48,543 bases of DNA from Nanobdellota archaeon (GCA_018812355.1 JAHJDQ010000182.1:1-48543); one strand, 5' to 3'. Positions 9,156-18,421 are shown, numbered from the stretch's first letter. The notes: generated by a model not told the origin, from the letters alone. Numbers and translations: made by a program.

Positions 9156-10649
9156 ATGACAGATATAGCCCAATATTTTCATGATGTACTTGGAGACGTA
9201 ATCTATTCCTACCAGCAGTTAATTCAGTACAGTGAAAAAAGCTTGGATCAACAAATAAGTCTTAAAAGAAGAAAAAGTGGAGTAAAGAGAAAAGGAAAAA
9301 GGAAAAGAAACGGGAAAAGTGGAAAAATCAATACATGGAGAGCAACTTCAAAAACGATCAGACCGAAAAGAAAACTAGATGTAATTATTGGGGAATATGA
9401 ATCCCTTAATCCTGAGTCGACCGAAGAATTTTTTACATCTGCAGCTGGAATTTGTAGAAGATTTGAAGAGATTGTTCCTAGCAGTGAAGATATTGAAAAA
9501 CTAGTCAATCGAGCCATTAAAGATTTTGATAATGAGCCAGTTATGGAAGCACAGAAGAAATCACGTTTTTGGTTAAGGCCAATGGCTGTTCTTGGCGGAA
9601 CAATGGGTGCTGGAGCAATCACTCTTGGAATTATGGCCACTGACGGAGAGTGGGCAGCTTACACTGCAGCAGCTCTCTATTCGGTTTCAGCGGCTACAGC
9701 GATGTTAACTAGAAAAAAAGATAGGGAATCCACTCGTTGGCTTACTTACACTACTCTTCTAGTCGGTTCTGGTATGTTGAGATATCTGGAATCTCCTGAT
9801 GATTTCAAGCCAATGCAAGGCTTACTAATGATCCTCCAAAACTTTGCTATGCCAGGAATATATAGATCCATCTACTTGAGTTACAAAAAGATTCAGCTCA
9901 AAGACAAAATTGCCACTGTCAGAAAAGTATCTAAGTTCATTAATGATGATTCGTTAAGACTTGGGGTTGCCTTAAGTGAAGCTCATCGAGGATTGCGTTA
10001 CATTAATGCTGTTTGTCAAAACGAAGACAGATCGTCGCAAGATTTCCAGCCACAATTGGATCAACTATCAACAACATTACTTGATTATTTTAGAGGAAAA
10101 GCTACCCATGAAGAAATTACTGAGGCCAGAATACAATATGTTCCTCCAGGTAAAACAAGCCAAAAGATAAGAAGAGTGCAATCTCAAGTATTAGAACCAG
10201 TAGTAAAGAAAATTGGTTACACTACTGAAGAACACGCACAATTAAGATCTCAACGGAAAGCCGAAGCTCAAGAATGTATTAAATTAGTTCAAGAAGAGGA
10301 AACAGGAACACACACCTCTTCAAAAGAAGAAGAAATGTTGGATGTTATTTACAGTAGTGGCTTAGCTTCAGCTGACAGGATTGCAGGATTTGAAGGATCA
10401 AATTTACGAGATTTAATTGAAACTAAGTTTAATGATGGTTACAAAGGAAAATTAATTCGGAATAAAAATAGAGGTCAGTACTTATTAAGAAGAGTGTGGA
10501 ATAAACACGGATTAGAAAATGGTACAAAAGTGTTTAAACTTCAACCAAGAGGTAGTCTAAGAGCTTTATATATTGAAGAAAATGGTTCTGTAAGAATTTT
10601 AGAAGTACTTACTCATCCAGAGTATGATGCTTTACATAAAAAAAGTTAA
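9156..10649 (+). CDS. Hypothetical membrane protein, possible C-terminal RelE/HigB-like domain
   Basis: 497-aa ORF with central hydrophobic helices; C-terminus KVFKLQPRGSLRALY...RILEVLTHPEYD. Confidence 0.6.
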   Translation: MTDIAQYFHDVLGDVIYSYQQLIQYSEKSLDQQISLKRRKSGVKRKGKRKRNGKSGKINTWRATSKTIRPKRKLDVIIGEYESLNPESTEEFFTSAAGICRRFEEIVPSSEDIEKLVNRAIKDFDNEPVMEAQKKSRFWLRPMAVLGGTMGAGAITLGIMATDGEWAAYTAAALYSVSAATAMLTRKKDRESTRWLTYTTLLVGSGMLRYLESPDDFKPMQGLLMILQNFAMPGIYRSIYLSYKKIQLKDKIATVRKVSKFINDDSLRLGVALSEAHRGLRYINAVCQNEDRSSQDFQPQLDQLSTTLLDYFRGKATHEEITEARIQYVPPGKTSQKIRRVQSQVLEPVVKKIGYTTEEHAQLRSQRKAEAQECIKLVQEEETGTHTSSKEEEMLDVIYSSGLASADRIAGFEGSNLRDLIETKFNDGYKGKLIRNKNRGQYLLRRVWNKHGLENGTKVFKLQPRGSLRALYIEENGSVRILEVLTHPEYDALHKKS

Positions 10650-10724
10650 AAATTTATTTTATTCTGTTTTTCAAATTAATTTTATCCAAAAACTTAATAA
10701 ACCCACTAGCTTAAACATGGATAT

Positions 10725-10913
10725 CCCCTCTTAGTTCAGTGGCTAGAACGCTCGGCTGTGTGGCTAAAGGTTTACCTTTAATCAGGTCAGAGATAAATTC
10801 ACTACCGGACAGAGCATTTGGCTTTGTATGAAAAGTAGATAGCCGGGACCGAGAGATCTATTAAGACTCGAAATCCCCGGTTCGAAATTCGAACGAAAGT
10901 CCGGGAGAGGGGA
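10725..10913 (+). tRNA. tRNA with Tyr-type body (C1:G72, A73) and three insertions; anticodon reads GTG (His) if the anticodon insert is removed as one piece
   Basis: Acceptor CCCCTCT/AGAGGGG, D stem GTTC/GAAC, anticodon stem CTCGG/CCGAG, T stem CCCGG/CCGGG; ~86-nt insert 10760-10845; BHB-type introns at 45/46 (10856-10872, helix CGAG/CTCG) and 59/60 (10887-10899, helix TTCG/CGAA). Confidence 0.85.
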
Positions 10914-10916
10914 TTT

Positions 10917-10947
10917 GAAGGAAGGTGTGCGTTCTCACACTTCCTTC
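10917..10947. terminator. Hairpin between tRNA 3' end and endonuclease stop codon
   Basis: GAAGGAAG(G)TGTG-cgttct-CACACTTCCTTC; terminator role inferred from position. Confidence 0.45.
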
Positions 10948-11579
10948 ACATATTTTAATAATTTTTTCTGTTTTCTTATACAGTAAAATCCAATTTTATG
11001 ATGAAAATTTGATATGTCTTTAATAGTTAATCCGTAAACATTTCTCTTACAACCAAAACCAACGACAATTACACTATCAAAATTAAAATTTTGTAGAAGT
11101 TCTTGTATCTCTTTTAATCCTTTTAAATTAATTGAATACAAACGAAGAATTGCAGTTTTTCCATAAGGAATGACACTTCCTTCGTCATCAAAAAGTGCTT
11201 TTAAAAATTCTTTTTGGATGTTTTTTGAATTATTTAAAATTTGTTTAGGAACAAACCAAACTGCGGACGCATATTCACAGTAACTCTTTAAATCTTCATA
11301 TATTAATTTTGATCTAAATCTTAGATAAGGTAAAGGAAGACCGGTTTTTCCTGAAGGTTTAAACGCTATTGTTATTTTGTATCCATAAACATCATTGAAA
11401 TCTTTAACGAATTGATTTAACAATTCAGAATCTATGTTATCGTATTTAATGTTGTAATCCGTCCGACATTTATACACACAACCATCACCTATAAGATGAG
11501 CTATCAACCTAGCTTTAGCATTAGTTAACCTCTCAAAGCCTGGTTTCAAGTTTTTTATTCTCATTTTAATCATTTCCAA
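10935..11579 (-). CDS. Two-motif LAGLIDADG homing endonuclease-like protein
   Basis: ARLIAHLIGDG and FLKALFDDEG motifs; start uncertain (11579 TTG, 11573 or 11564 ATG). Confidence 0.9.
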   Translation of the reverse strand: MEMIKMRIKNLKPGFERLTNAKARLIAHLIGDGCVYKCRTDYNIKYDNIDSELLNQFVKDFNDVYGYKITIAFKPSGKTGLPLPYLRFRSKLIYEDLKSYCEYASAVWFVPKQILNNSKNIQKEFLKALFDDEGSVIPYGKTAILRLYSINLKGLKEIQELLQNFNFDSVIVVGFGCKRNVYGLTIKDISNFHHKIGFYCIRKQKKLLKYVKEV

Positions 11580-11826
11580 TCTTACACTAAGTTAAAGATT
11601 GGAGTGATTTTTATGAATTACTCCTATATAAACTCTATCCAGACTTGTCGAGTGGGTGTGTGGGTGCTAATACGAAAGTCCGGGAGAGGGGATTTTTCTC
11701 TTTTTACCCCAATTTAACCACAACCTTTATAAACAGACCCTAATATTTTACACAAGATGGCAGGGTTTATTCTAAATACAACTATCTGATTTGGATATAT
11801 TTTAGATTAAGCTCTGTAAAAATGCT

Positions 11827-11930
11827 GCCCTGGTAGTGTAGTTCGGCCTAGCATGATGCCCTGTCACGGCATCGACCCGGGTTCAAAATGAGGTTGGTTA
11901 ACAATCACACTGAAAGTCCCGGCCAGGGCG
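11827..11930 (+). tRNA. tRNA-Asp(GTC) with 29-nt intron at 59/60
   Basis: GCCCTGG/CCAGGGC acceptor, ATGCC-CTGTCAC-GGCAT arm; intron 11888-11916 with helix TTCA/TGAA and bulges AAA/AGT. Confidence 0.95.
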
Positions 11931-11998
11931 TTTAACAACAAGCGAGCAATCGAACTGTTCGCAAAAATGAGTGAGTAAGTATCTTACTCACAAATCAC

Positions 11999-12141
11999 GG
12001 GCCGGTAGCTCAGTTTGGTAGAGCACTTGACTTTTAAGTCAAGACAAAAACGAGCAAAAGCTTGTTTTTCTTCCCCTGGAAGAGATCAAGTGGTCGTGGG
12101 TTCAAAAGCTTAAAAAAAGCCTGAAAGTCCCTCTCGGCCCG
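11999..12141 (+). tRNA. tRNA-Lys(TTT) with introns at 37/38 (48 nt) and 59/60 (21 nt)
   Basis: GGGCCGG/TCGGCCC acceptor; introns 12037-12084 (helix CTTT/GAAG) and 12107-12127 (helix TTCA/TGAA). Confidence 0.93.
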
Positions 12142-12156
12142 TTCATAATCACAACA

Positions 12157-12393
12157 ATGCCATTCGACGTAACCCAACATAATCTTGTACCGAAACATAA
12201 GAAGTTAAGTGATACTGAGAAGGAAAAACTATTTGCTAAATTTAACATTACTAATATTGAACTACCAAAAATTGCTCTCTCTGATCCGGCAATTGAAAAG
12301 TTAGGCGTTAAAATTGGTGACATTATTGTGGTAGAGAGAGAAAGTCAAACTGCTGGAGTAACTCATTACTACCGAGCCGTTGTTGAAGGTTAA
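12157..12393 (+). CDS. rpoH: RNA polymerase subunit H (Rpo5)
   Basis: HNLVPKH, LPKIALSDP, SQTAG..HYYRAV. Confidence 0.97.
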   Translation: MPFDVTQHNLVPKHKKLSDTEKEKLFAKFNITNIELPKIALSDPAIEKLGVKIGDIIVVERESQTAGVTHYYRAVVEG

Positions 12394-12394
12394 A

Positions 12395-13870
12395 ATGGAT
12401 AAGTCTATCTTAATTAAAAAGTACTTTGAAGAAAAGAAATTTGTCGAGTCTAATATTCAGTCTTTTAATAATTTACTTGATCACGGTTTGCAGGAAGTTG
12501 TCGAGGAAAATAAAGAAGCCGAACCAGCGATCATTCCCCATAACATTGAAAAGTTTAAAATTAGATTCGGAAGAATGACTATAGGTAAACCAGAGATTAC
12601 CGAAGCTGACGGTTCTAAACGTCCAATTTACCCTGCCGAAGCACGGCTAAGAAAAATATCATATAATGCCCCAATATTTTTAGAGGTAAGCACTTACATT
12701 AACGACGTCCAAAGAGAGAACTTTATCGCTGAGATTGGTAAGATGCCAATCATGCTAAGAAGCAAATATTGTAACCTTAACAAATTGCCTCGTGAAGATT
12801 TGATTAGAAGAGGAGAAGACGCTTCTGATCCTGGCGGTTATTTTATCATTAATGGTACAGAAAAAGTTATTGTTACGGTTGAAGATTTAGCTGCAAACAA
12901 TTTTATGGTTGAGAAAAACAAACTAGGCGTTTATAGTGGTCGGTTCTTTGCTGCTAAGGGTTCGTACAAAATTCCACACAATTTTGAAAGAAAAAAGGAC
13001 GGAATTTATTACATGAGCTTTACCAGGGTAAAAAATATGCCCATTATCATTGTCTTAAAAGCGCTTGGTTTAATTAAGGACGAAGAGATTATGAAAACCA
13101 TTTCAACCGAAAAAAATTATGAAGAAATAATCCTAAACTTGTTTGAGTTTGTTGAGATTAAGACGCAAGATGATGCAATTGATTACATCGCTAAACGTGT
13201 CGGTGTTGGACAATCTAAAGAAATTCGGATGGAAAGAACAAAAGATATCCTTGACCGTTATCTACTTCCTAATTTAGGTACAGAAGAAAAGAATGCTTCA
13301 ATTAAAGCCAAAAATATTTGTAAAATGTTGAAAAAGTTTATTGAAGTCAGTACTGGGGTAAGAAATCCTGATGATAAAGATCATTACATGAACAAACGTC
13401 TAAGACTAAGCGGAGATCTTTTGTTAGATCTTTTCCGAGTAAATTTCAAAGTTTTAGTTTCTGATATTTTATACAATTTCCAAAGAATCATCAAGAGAGG
13501 AAAACTTCCTTCAATTCGAGTAATCATTCGTCATAAATTATTAACTTCCAGATTATACAGTTCGATGGCGACTGGTGAATGGGTTGGTGGGAGACAAGGA
13601 GTCTCGCAGCGTTTAAGCAGAACTAATTATTTAGATATGATTTCACATTTACAAAGGGTCGTTTCTCCACTATCAACTTCCCAAGAAAATTTTGAAGCAA
13701 GAGCCCTGCATTGTACTCATATTGGTAGGCTATGTCCAATTGAAACTCCAGAAGGAACGAACATTGGTTTAAGAAAAAACCTAGCTATGTTATGTTCAAT
13801 TTCCCAAAATGTGGAAACAGTAGAAATACTAGAAAAAATTAAAGGATTAGGTTTGAAAGAAGCAAAATAA
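12395..13870 (+). CDS. rpoB2: RNA polymerase subunit B''
   Basis: DPGGYFIINGTEKV, DKDHYMNKRL, CPIETPEGTNIGL; ATG 12395. Confidence 0.97.
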   Translation: MDKSILIKKYFEEKKFVESNIQSFNNLLDHGLQEVVEENKEAEPAIIPHNIEKFKIRFGRMTIGKPEITEADGSKRPIYPAEARLRKISYNAPIFLEVSTYINDVQRENFIAEIGKMPIMLRSKYCNLNKLPREDLIRRGEDASDPGGYFIINGTEKVIVTVEDLAANNFMVEKNKLGVYSGRFFAAKGSYKIPHNFERKKDGIYYMSFTRVKNMPIIIVLKALGLIKDEEIMKTISTEKNYEEIILNLFEFVEIKTQDDAIDYIAKRVGVGQSKEIRMERTKDILDRYLLPNLGTEEKNASIKAKNICKMLKKFIEVSTGVRNPDDKDHYMNKRLRLSGDLLLDLFRVNFKVLVSDILYNFQRIIKRGKLPSIRVIIRHKLLTSRLYSSMATGEWVGGRQGVSQRLSRTNYLDMISHLQRVVSPLSTSQENFEARALHCTHIGRLCPIETPEGTNIGLRKNLAMLCSISQNVETVEILEKIKGLGLKEAK

Positions 13871-13922
13871 AAATAATCATAATCACAAAATAACATCAAC
13901 AAAATAGAACACAAATAATAAA

Positions 13923-15725
13923 ATGACTGACCTCTATATCAATGAACAATTTACCGGAACTGTAGATGATCCTCAATTGTTTATTGAGGATTTCAAAGAT
14001 TTACGGAGAAAGGGTACTTTACCTGAGAGTGTCAATATTTTTTTCGATGCTAAAAATAATGAATTACATTTATTTTCAGAAGCTGGAAGAGCTCAACGTC
14101 CTTTAATTATGGTTAAAGAAGGCAAGCCTTTACTAACAGAAAAACATTTAGAACAACTAACTAATGGTGAGATTACTTGGGTTGATTTGGTTCGGCAAGG
14201 TGTGGTAGAATATTTAGACGCAGCCGAGGAAGAGAATGCTTTAGTTGCTTACCTCGAAACAGAACTTACTCCTGATCATACCCATTTAGAAGTAACCCCT
14301 GGCTCAATTAGTGGGATTACTACTGCTTTAGTTCCTTTTGGTAATTATAATCAATCATCTCGGTTGATTATTGGAAGTAAAAACCAAAAACAAGCACTTG
14401 GCTTTTATGCTGCAAATTATCATTTAAGAATGGACATGGATTCAAACATTTTACATTATCCTCAATTCCCGCTGGTTAAAACTAAAGTGCACGAAGTAAT
14501 TGATTATGATGAACATCCAGCTGGACAGAACTTTATTGTTGCGATTATGTGTTATGATGGTTATAACATGGAAGATGGAGTTATCTTAAACAAATCATCG
14601 ATTGAAATGGGTTTAGCTAGAAGTACCTATTACCGTCCTGTAAATGCTGAAGAGTTACGTTATTCTGGCGGATTAGTGGATGAGGTTTCCGTACCAGATA
14701 AAGATGTTAAAGGTTATAAAAGCGAACACGATTATCGTTTTTTGGAAGGGGACGGAATTATTTATCCAGAAGCAAAAGTTACTGAAGGCGATGTTGTTAT
14801 TGGAAGAACTTCTCCTCCACGATTCCTGAGCAGTTTAGATGAATATAATTTAACAGCAGCTGTAAGAAGGGAAAGTTCTCTTTCTCTTAAACATGGTGAA
14901 TCAGGAGTTGCTGACTTTGTTGTCCTTACTGAAAATGAAGAAGGAAATAAACTAGTTCAAGTAAGATTAAGAGCAGAAAGAATTCCTGAAATTGGTGATA
15001 AATTTACTTCCCGTCATGGACAGAAAGGAGTCATGGGAATGGTCGTACCTAACGAAGATATTCCTTTTTCTTCTTCCGGAATTGTTCCTGACATGATCTT
15101 CACTCCCCACGGTATCTCTTCAAGAATGACTGTCTCGCATTTAATTGAACTAATTGGTGGAAAAATCGGCGCCCTCTCTGGAAGATTTGTTGACGGCACT
15201 TTATTTGAAGCGGAAACAGAACCGGATTTAAGAAAGGAATTATTATCTCTCGGATTTAGAGAAGATGGTCGAGAAACATTCTATGATGGAAGAACAGGAA
15301 AACAAATGCTGGCAAAGATTTATGTTGGAAACATGTACTATTTAAGATTAAGACACATGGTTGCTAACAAAATTCAATCCAGGGCCAGAGGACCGATCCA
15401 ATTATTAACTAGGCAACCGACTGAAGGAAAGGCTAAAGAAGGCGGATTAAGATTAGGAGAGATGGAAAAAGATACTTTTGTTGCTCACGGAGCTTCGTTA
15501 TTACTTAAAGAACGGTTTGACTCTGATAAAATTGTCTTACCAATTTGTGAACAATGTGGCTTAGTTGCCGTCGAGGACCATTACAAAAACAGAAAGTATT
15601 GTTTAATGTGTGGTGAAGATATCAAAATCAATAATGTTGAGATGAGTTACGCATTCAAATTGCTGATGGACGAGTTTAGAAGTCTGGGAGTTTATCCAAA
15701 ATTAAATTTAAAAACAAAATATTAA
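13923..15725 (+). CDS. rpoB1: RNA polymerase subunit B'
   Basis: GYNMED, GDKFTSRHGQKG, GGLRLGEMEKD. Confidence 0.98.
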   Translation: MTDLYINEQFTGTVDDPQLFIEDFKDLRRKGTLPESVNIFFDAKNNELHLFSEAGRAQRPLIMVKEGKPLLTEKHLEQLTNGEITWVDLVRQGVVEYLDAAEEENALVAYLETELTPDHTHLEVTPGSISGITTALVPFGNYNQSSRLIIGSKNQKQALGFYAANYHLRMDMDSNILHYPQFPLVKTKVHEVIDYDEHPAGQNFIVAIMCYDGYNMEDGVILNKSSIEMGLARSTYYRPVNAEELRYSGGLVDEVSVPDKDVKGYKSEHDYRFLEGDGIIYPEAKVTEGDVVIGRTSPPRFLSSLDEYNLTAAVRRESSLSLKHGESGVADFVVLTENEEGNKLVQVRLRAERIPEIGDKFTSRHGQKGVMGMVVPNEDIPFSSSGIVPDMIFTPHGISSRMTVSHLIELIGGKIGALSGRFVDGTLFEAETEPDLRKELLSLGFREDGRETFYDGRTGKQMLAKIYVGNMYYLRLRHMVANKIQSRARGPIQLLTRQPTEGKAKEGGLRLGEMEKDTFVAHGASLLLKERFDSDKIVLPICEQCGLVAVEDHYKNRKYCLMCGEDIKINNVEMSYAFKLLMDEFRSLGVYPKLNLKTKY

Positions 15726-15741
15726 TGACAAAAGGTAAAAA

Positions 15742-18312
15742 ATGAATCTAGCCGTGCATAAAAAGATACATCATATTGAATTTCGGGTTTTTTCTCCAAA
15801 ACAAATCCGGGACTTAGCGGCAGCAAAAATTGTTACCCCAGAACTTTATGATCGGGAAGGTTATCCGGTTGACGGTGGTTTGATGGACATTAGACTAGGA
15901 GTGATTGATCCAGGACTAAGATGTAAGACCTGTGGTGGAAAATTAAAAGAATGTCCTGGTCACTTTGGCTATATTGAACTTGCCCGTCCGGCAATTCATG
16001 TTAAGTATGTTCGACCGATTTTAGACTTATTGAAATCAACCTGTAAATTTTGTTCCCGAGTTTTAATTCCGGAAGAAAAAATTAAACGTTACCTTGCCCT
16101 TTCCGAAAAAGTTGGTGAGGAAGAAGGGTTTGAAGCACGAAGGCGACATATTAAAGAAATTGTTAAGAAATACAAACTTAAGGAAAAATGCCCACACTGT
16201 CAGGCTAAACAAGAAAAAATTAAAATTGAAAAACCTTATAATTACTACGAGGGTGATATTCGTTTAAGTTCAATTGAAGTCAGAGCAAGATTAGAAAAAA
16301 TTTCTGATGATGATTTAACCATTTTCGGATTTGCTCCTGGGTTAAGACCAGAGTGGATGATCATTACAGTTTTAGCAATTCCTCCTGTCACGATGCGTCC
16401 GAGCATTACTTTAGAATCGGGAGAACGATCTGAGGACGATCTTACTCACAAATTGGGCGATATTGTTAGAATTAATCAAAGACTATTCGAAAACATTAAT
16501 GCTGGTGCACCGGAAGTTATTATTGAAGATTTATGGGATTTGTTACAATATCATGTAACTACATTTATTGATAATGAAATTGCCCAACTTCCTCCTGCTC
16601 GACATCGAGGCGGCCAAGTTTTGAAAACTTTAACTAATCGGATTAAAAGTAAGGAAGGTCGGATTAGATATAATTTGGCTGGTAAGAGAACCGACTTTTC
16701 TTCTAGAACAGTAATTAGTCCTGACCCGATGATTAAACTTAATGAAGTAGGAGTACCCTTAAAAATTGCTACCAATCTTACTGTTCCAGAACGTGTTACG
16801 GAATGGAACTTAGCCTATCTTAAAAGATTTATTGACAATGGTCCAAAGAAATATCCTGGAGCTAATTATGTCCTTAAACCGGATGGAAAAAAGAAAACAA
16901 TCACTTCAGAAACAAAAGAAGAAATTATGTCCGAGTTAGAGCCTGGCTATGTTGTTGAGAGGCATTTGATTGACGGCGATGTTGCTTTGTTTAACCGGCA
17001 ACCATCTCTTCACAGAATGAGTATGATGTGTCATTTAGTAAAAGTCTTGCCTGGAAAAACGTTCCGTTTAAATCCAGCAGTTTGTAATCCTTATAACGCT
17101 GACTTTGACGGAGATGAAATGAACTTACACGTTCCTCAAACTGAAGAATCTCGTGCTGAAGCAAAAATATTAATGTTAGTTGAAACGCAAATTATTAGTC
17201 CTCGTTATGGTCTTAGTGTCGTTGGTTGTATCCATGACGCAATCACTGGAAATTATTTGTTAACTAAAGAATTAGTTCTTTCTCGGGGAGAAGCAATTGA
17301 TTTACTTTACAGTTGTGGAGTTGATGATTTGTCAAATCTACCAAATAAAGATAAAATTGATGGTAAAGAACTGTTCTCAGTTCTTTTACCGACAGACTTT
17401 AATTTTATTGGTAAAGATAAATCAGGTAATGAAGTTAAGATTGTTAATGGAAAGCTAAAGACTGGTTTGATGGACAAATCTAATCTCGGACAAGAATCAG
17501 GACTGATGTTTAGAAACATTTACGAGAAATACGGACCTTCTCATACTAGTGAATTATTAGGAAAAATTTCTAAATTGGGCATTGCTGTTTTAGCAAGAAG
17601 AGGTTTCTCCATTGGAATTGCTGATTTGGATTTAAGTGAAGAAGCAAACCAAAATGTTCGTGAAATTATTAAGAATGCTGAAGATAGAGCTTTTACTTTA
17701 ATTGAAAAATATTATGCGGGTAAATTAGAAAGTCTGCCGGGAAGATCAGTTCAGGAAACCTTAGAATTAAGAGTACTTGAGGCTTTAAATAAAGCTCGTA
17801 ATAAAAGTGGAGATGTTGCTTTAAGACAAGTTAAAGACTCTACTGCTTTAGTTATGGCCAAATGTGGTTCTCGAGGTAATCCATTACAGATTGCCCAAAT
17901 GGCCGCATTAGTAGGTCAGCAAGCTTTACGTGGAAAAAGAATCGAGAAGGGTTTCCAAGATCGTACCCTTTCTTATTTCAAAGCTAATGATATTAGTCCA
18001 CAAGCACGTGGTTTCATTAAAAATAATTTTAAGAGCGGTCTTACTCCTGCTGAATTTTTCTTTGGCGCAATGACTGGAAGAGACGCTTTAATGGATACAG
18101 CTTTAAGAACTCCTAAATCTGGTTATCTCTATCGAAGATTATCTAATGCCATGCAAGACTTAAAGGTTGAGTATGACGGTTCCGTTAGGGATGCAAGTGG
18201 AAAAGTTGTTCAGTTTGCTTACGGAGAAGATCATTTAGATGTCGCGAGAACAAAAAATGGCTTTATTGACGTTCCAAGGATTGTTCGTCAAGTGATTGAG
18301 GGTACACGATGA
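15742..18312 (+). CDS. rpoA1: RNA polymerase subunit A'
   Basis: Catalytic NADFDGD, NRQPSLH, CPGHFG; no intein. Confidence 0.98.
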   Translation: MNLAVHKKIHHIEFRVFSPKQIRDLAAAKIVTPELYDREGYPVDGGLMDIRLGVIDPGLRCKTCGGKLKECPGHFGYIELARPAIHVKYVRPILDLLKSTCKFCSRVLIPEEKIKRYLALSEKVGEEEGFEARRRHIKEIVKKYKLKEKCPHCQAKQEKIKIEKPYNYYEGDIRLSSIEVRARLEKISDDDLTIFGFAPGLRPEWMIITVLAIPPVTMRPSITLESGERSEDDLTHKLGDIVRINQRLFENINAGAPEVIIEDLWDLLQYHVTTFIDNEIAQLPPARHRGGQVLKTLTNRIKSKEGRIRYNLAGKRTDFSSRTVISPDPMIKLNEVGVPLKIATNLTVPERVTEWNLAYLKRFIDNGPKKYPGANYVLKPDGKKKTITSETKEEIMSELEPGYVVERHLIDGDVALFNRQPSLHRMSMMCHLVKVLPGKTFRLNPAVCNPYNADFDGDEMNLHVPQTEESRAEAKILMLVETQIISPRYGLSVVGCIHDAITGNYLLTKELVLSRGEAIDLLYSCGVDDLSNLPNKDKIDGKELFSVLLPTDFNFIGKDKSGNEVKIVNGKLKTGLMDKSNLGQESGLMFRNIYEKYGPSHTSELLGKISKLGIAVLARRGFSIGIADLDLSEEANQNVREIIKNAEDRAFTLIEKYYAGKLESLPGRSVQETLELRVLEALNKARNKSGDVALRQVKDSTALVMAKCGSRGNPLQIAQMAALVGQQALRGKRIEKGFQDRTLSYFKANDISPQARGFIKNNFKSGLTPAEFFFGAMTGRDALMDTALRTPKSGYLYRRLSNAMQDLKVEYDGSVRDASGKVVQFAYGEDHLDVARTKNGFIDVPRIVRQVIEGTR

Positions 18313-18421
18313 AAATTGAGGAAACAATTTTCAAGCATATCAAAAATCAAAGATTTTTGGGATGTCCCGAAAAATCAAAAGTATTTTCGATACATTTCAC
18401 CAGAGGTGAAACACGATGAAA
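18304..18421. repeat. 107-bp multi-hairpin insert with 11-bp duplication at the rpoA'/rpoA'' junction
   Basis: ACACGATGAAA at 18304-18314 and 18411-18421; internal hairpins GAAAATTG/CAATTTTC, CAAAAATC/GATTTTTG, TTTCACC/GGTGAAA. Confidence 0.75.

Larger units (their letters stand above)
10893..11695. mobile_element. LAGLIDADG cassette bounded by a 24-bp direct repeat of the tRNA intron end and 3' end
   Basis: ACGAAAGTCCGGGAGAGGGGATTT at 10893-10916 and 11672-11695 flanks the endonuclease ORF. Confidence 0.75.

Noticed and set aside
10760..10845. Group I intron at tRNA position 35/36 (follows U, ends in G)
   Set aside because: Only ~86 nt, with no recognisable P7/catalytic core
13871..13922. 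A/C-rich spacer between rpoB'' and rpoB'
   Set aside because: Low complexity, with no structure or repeat unit
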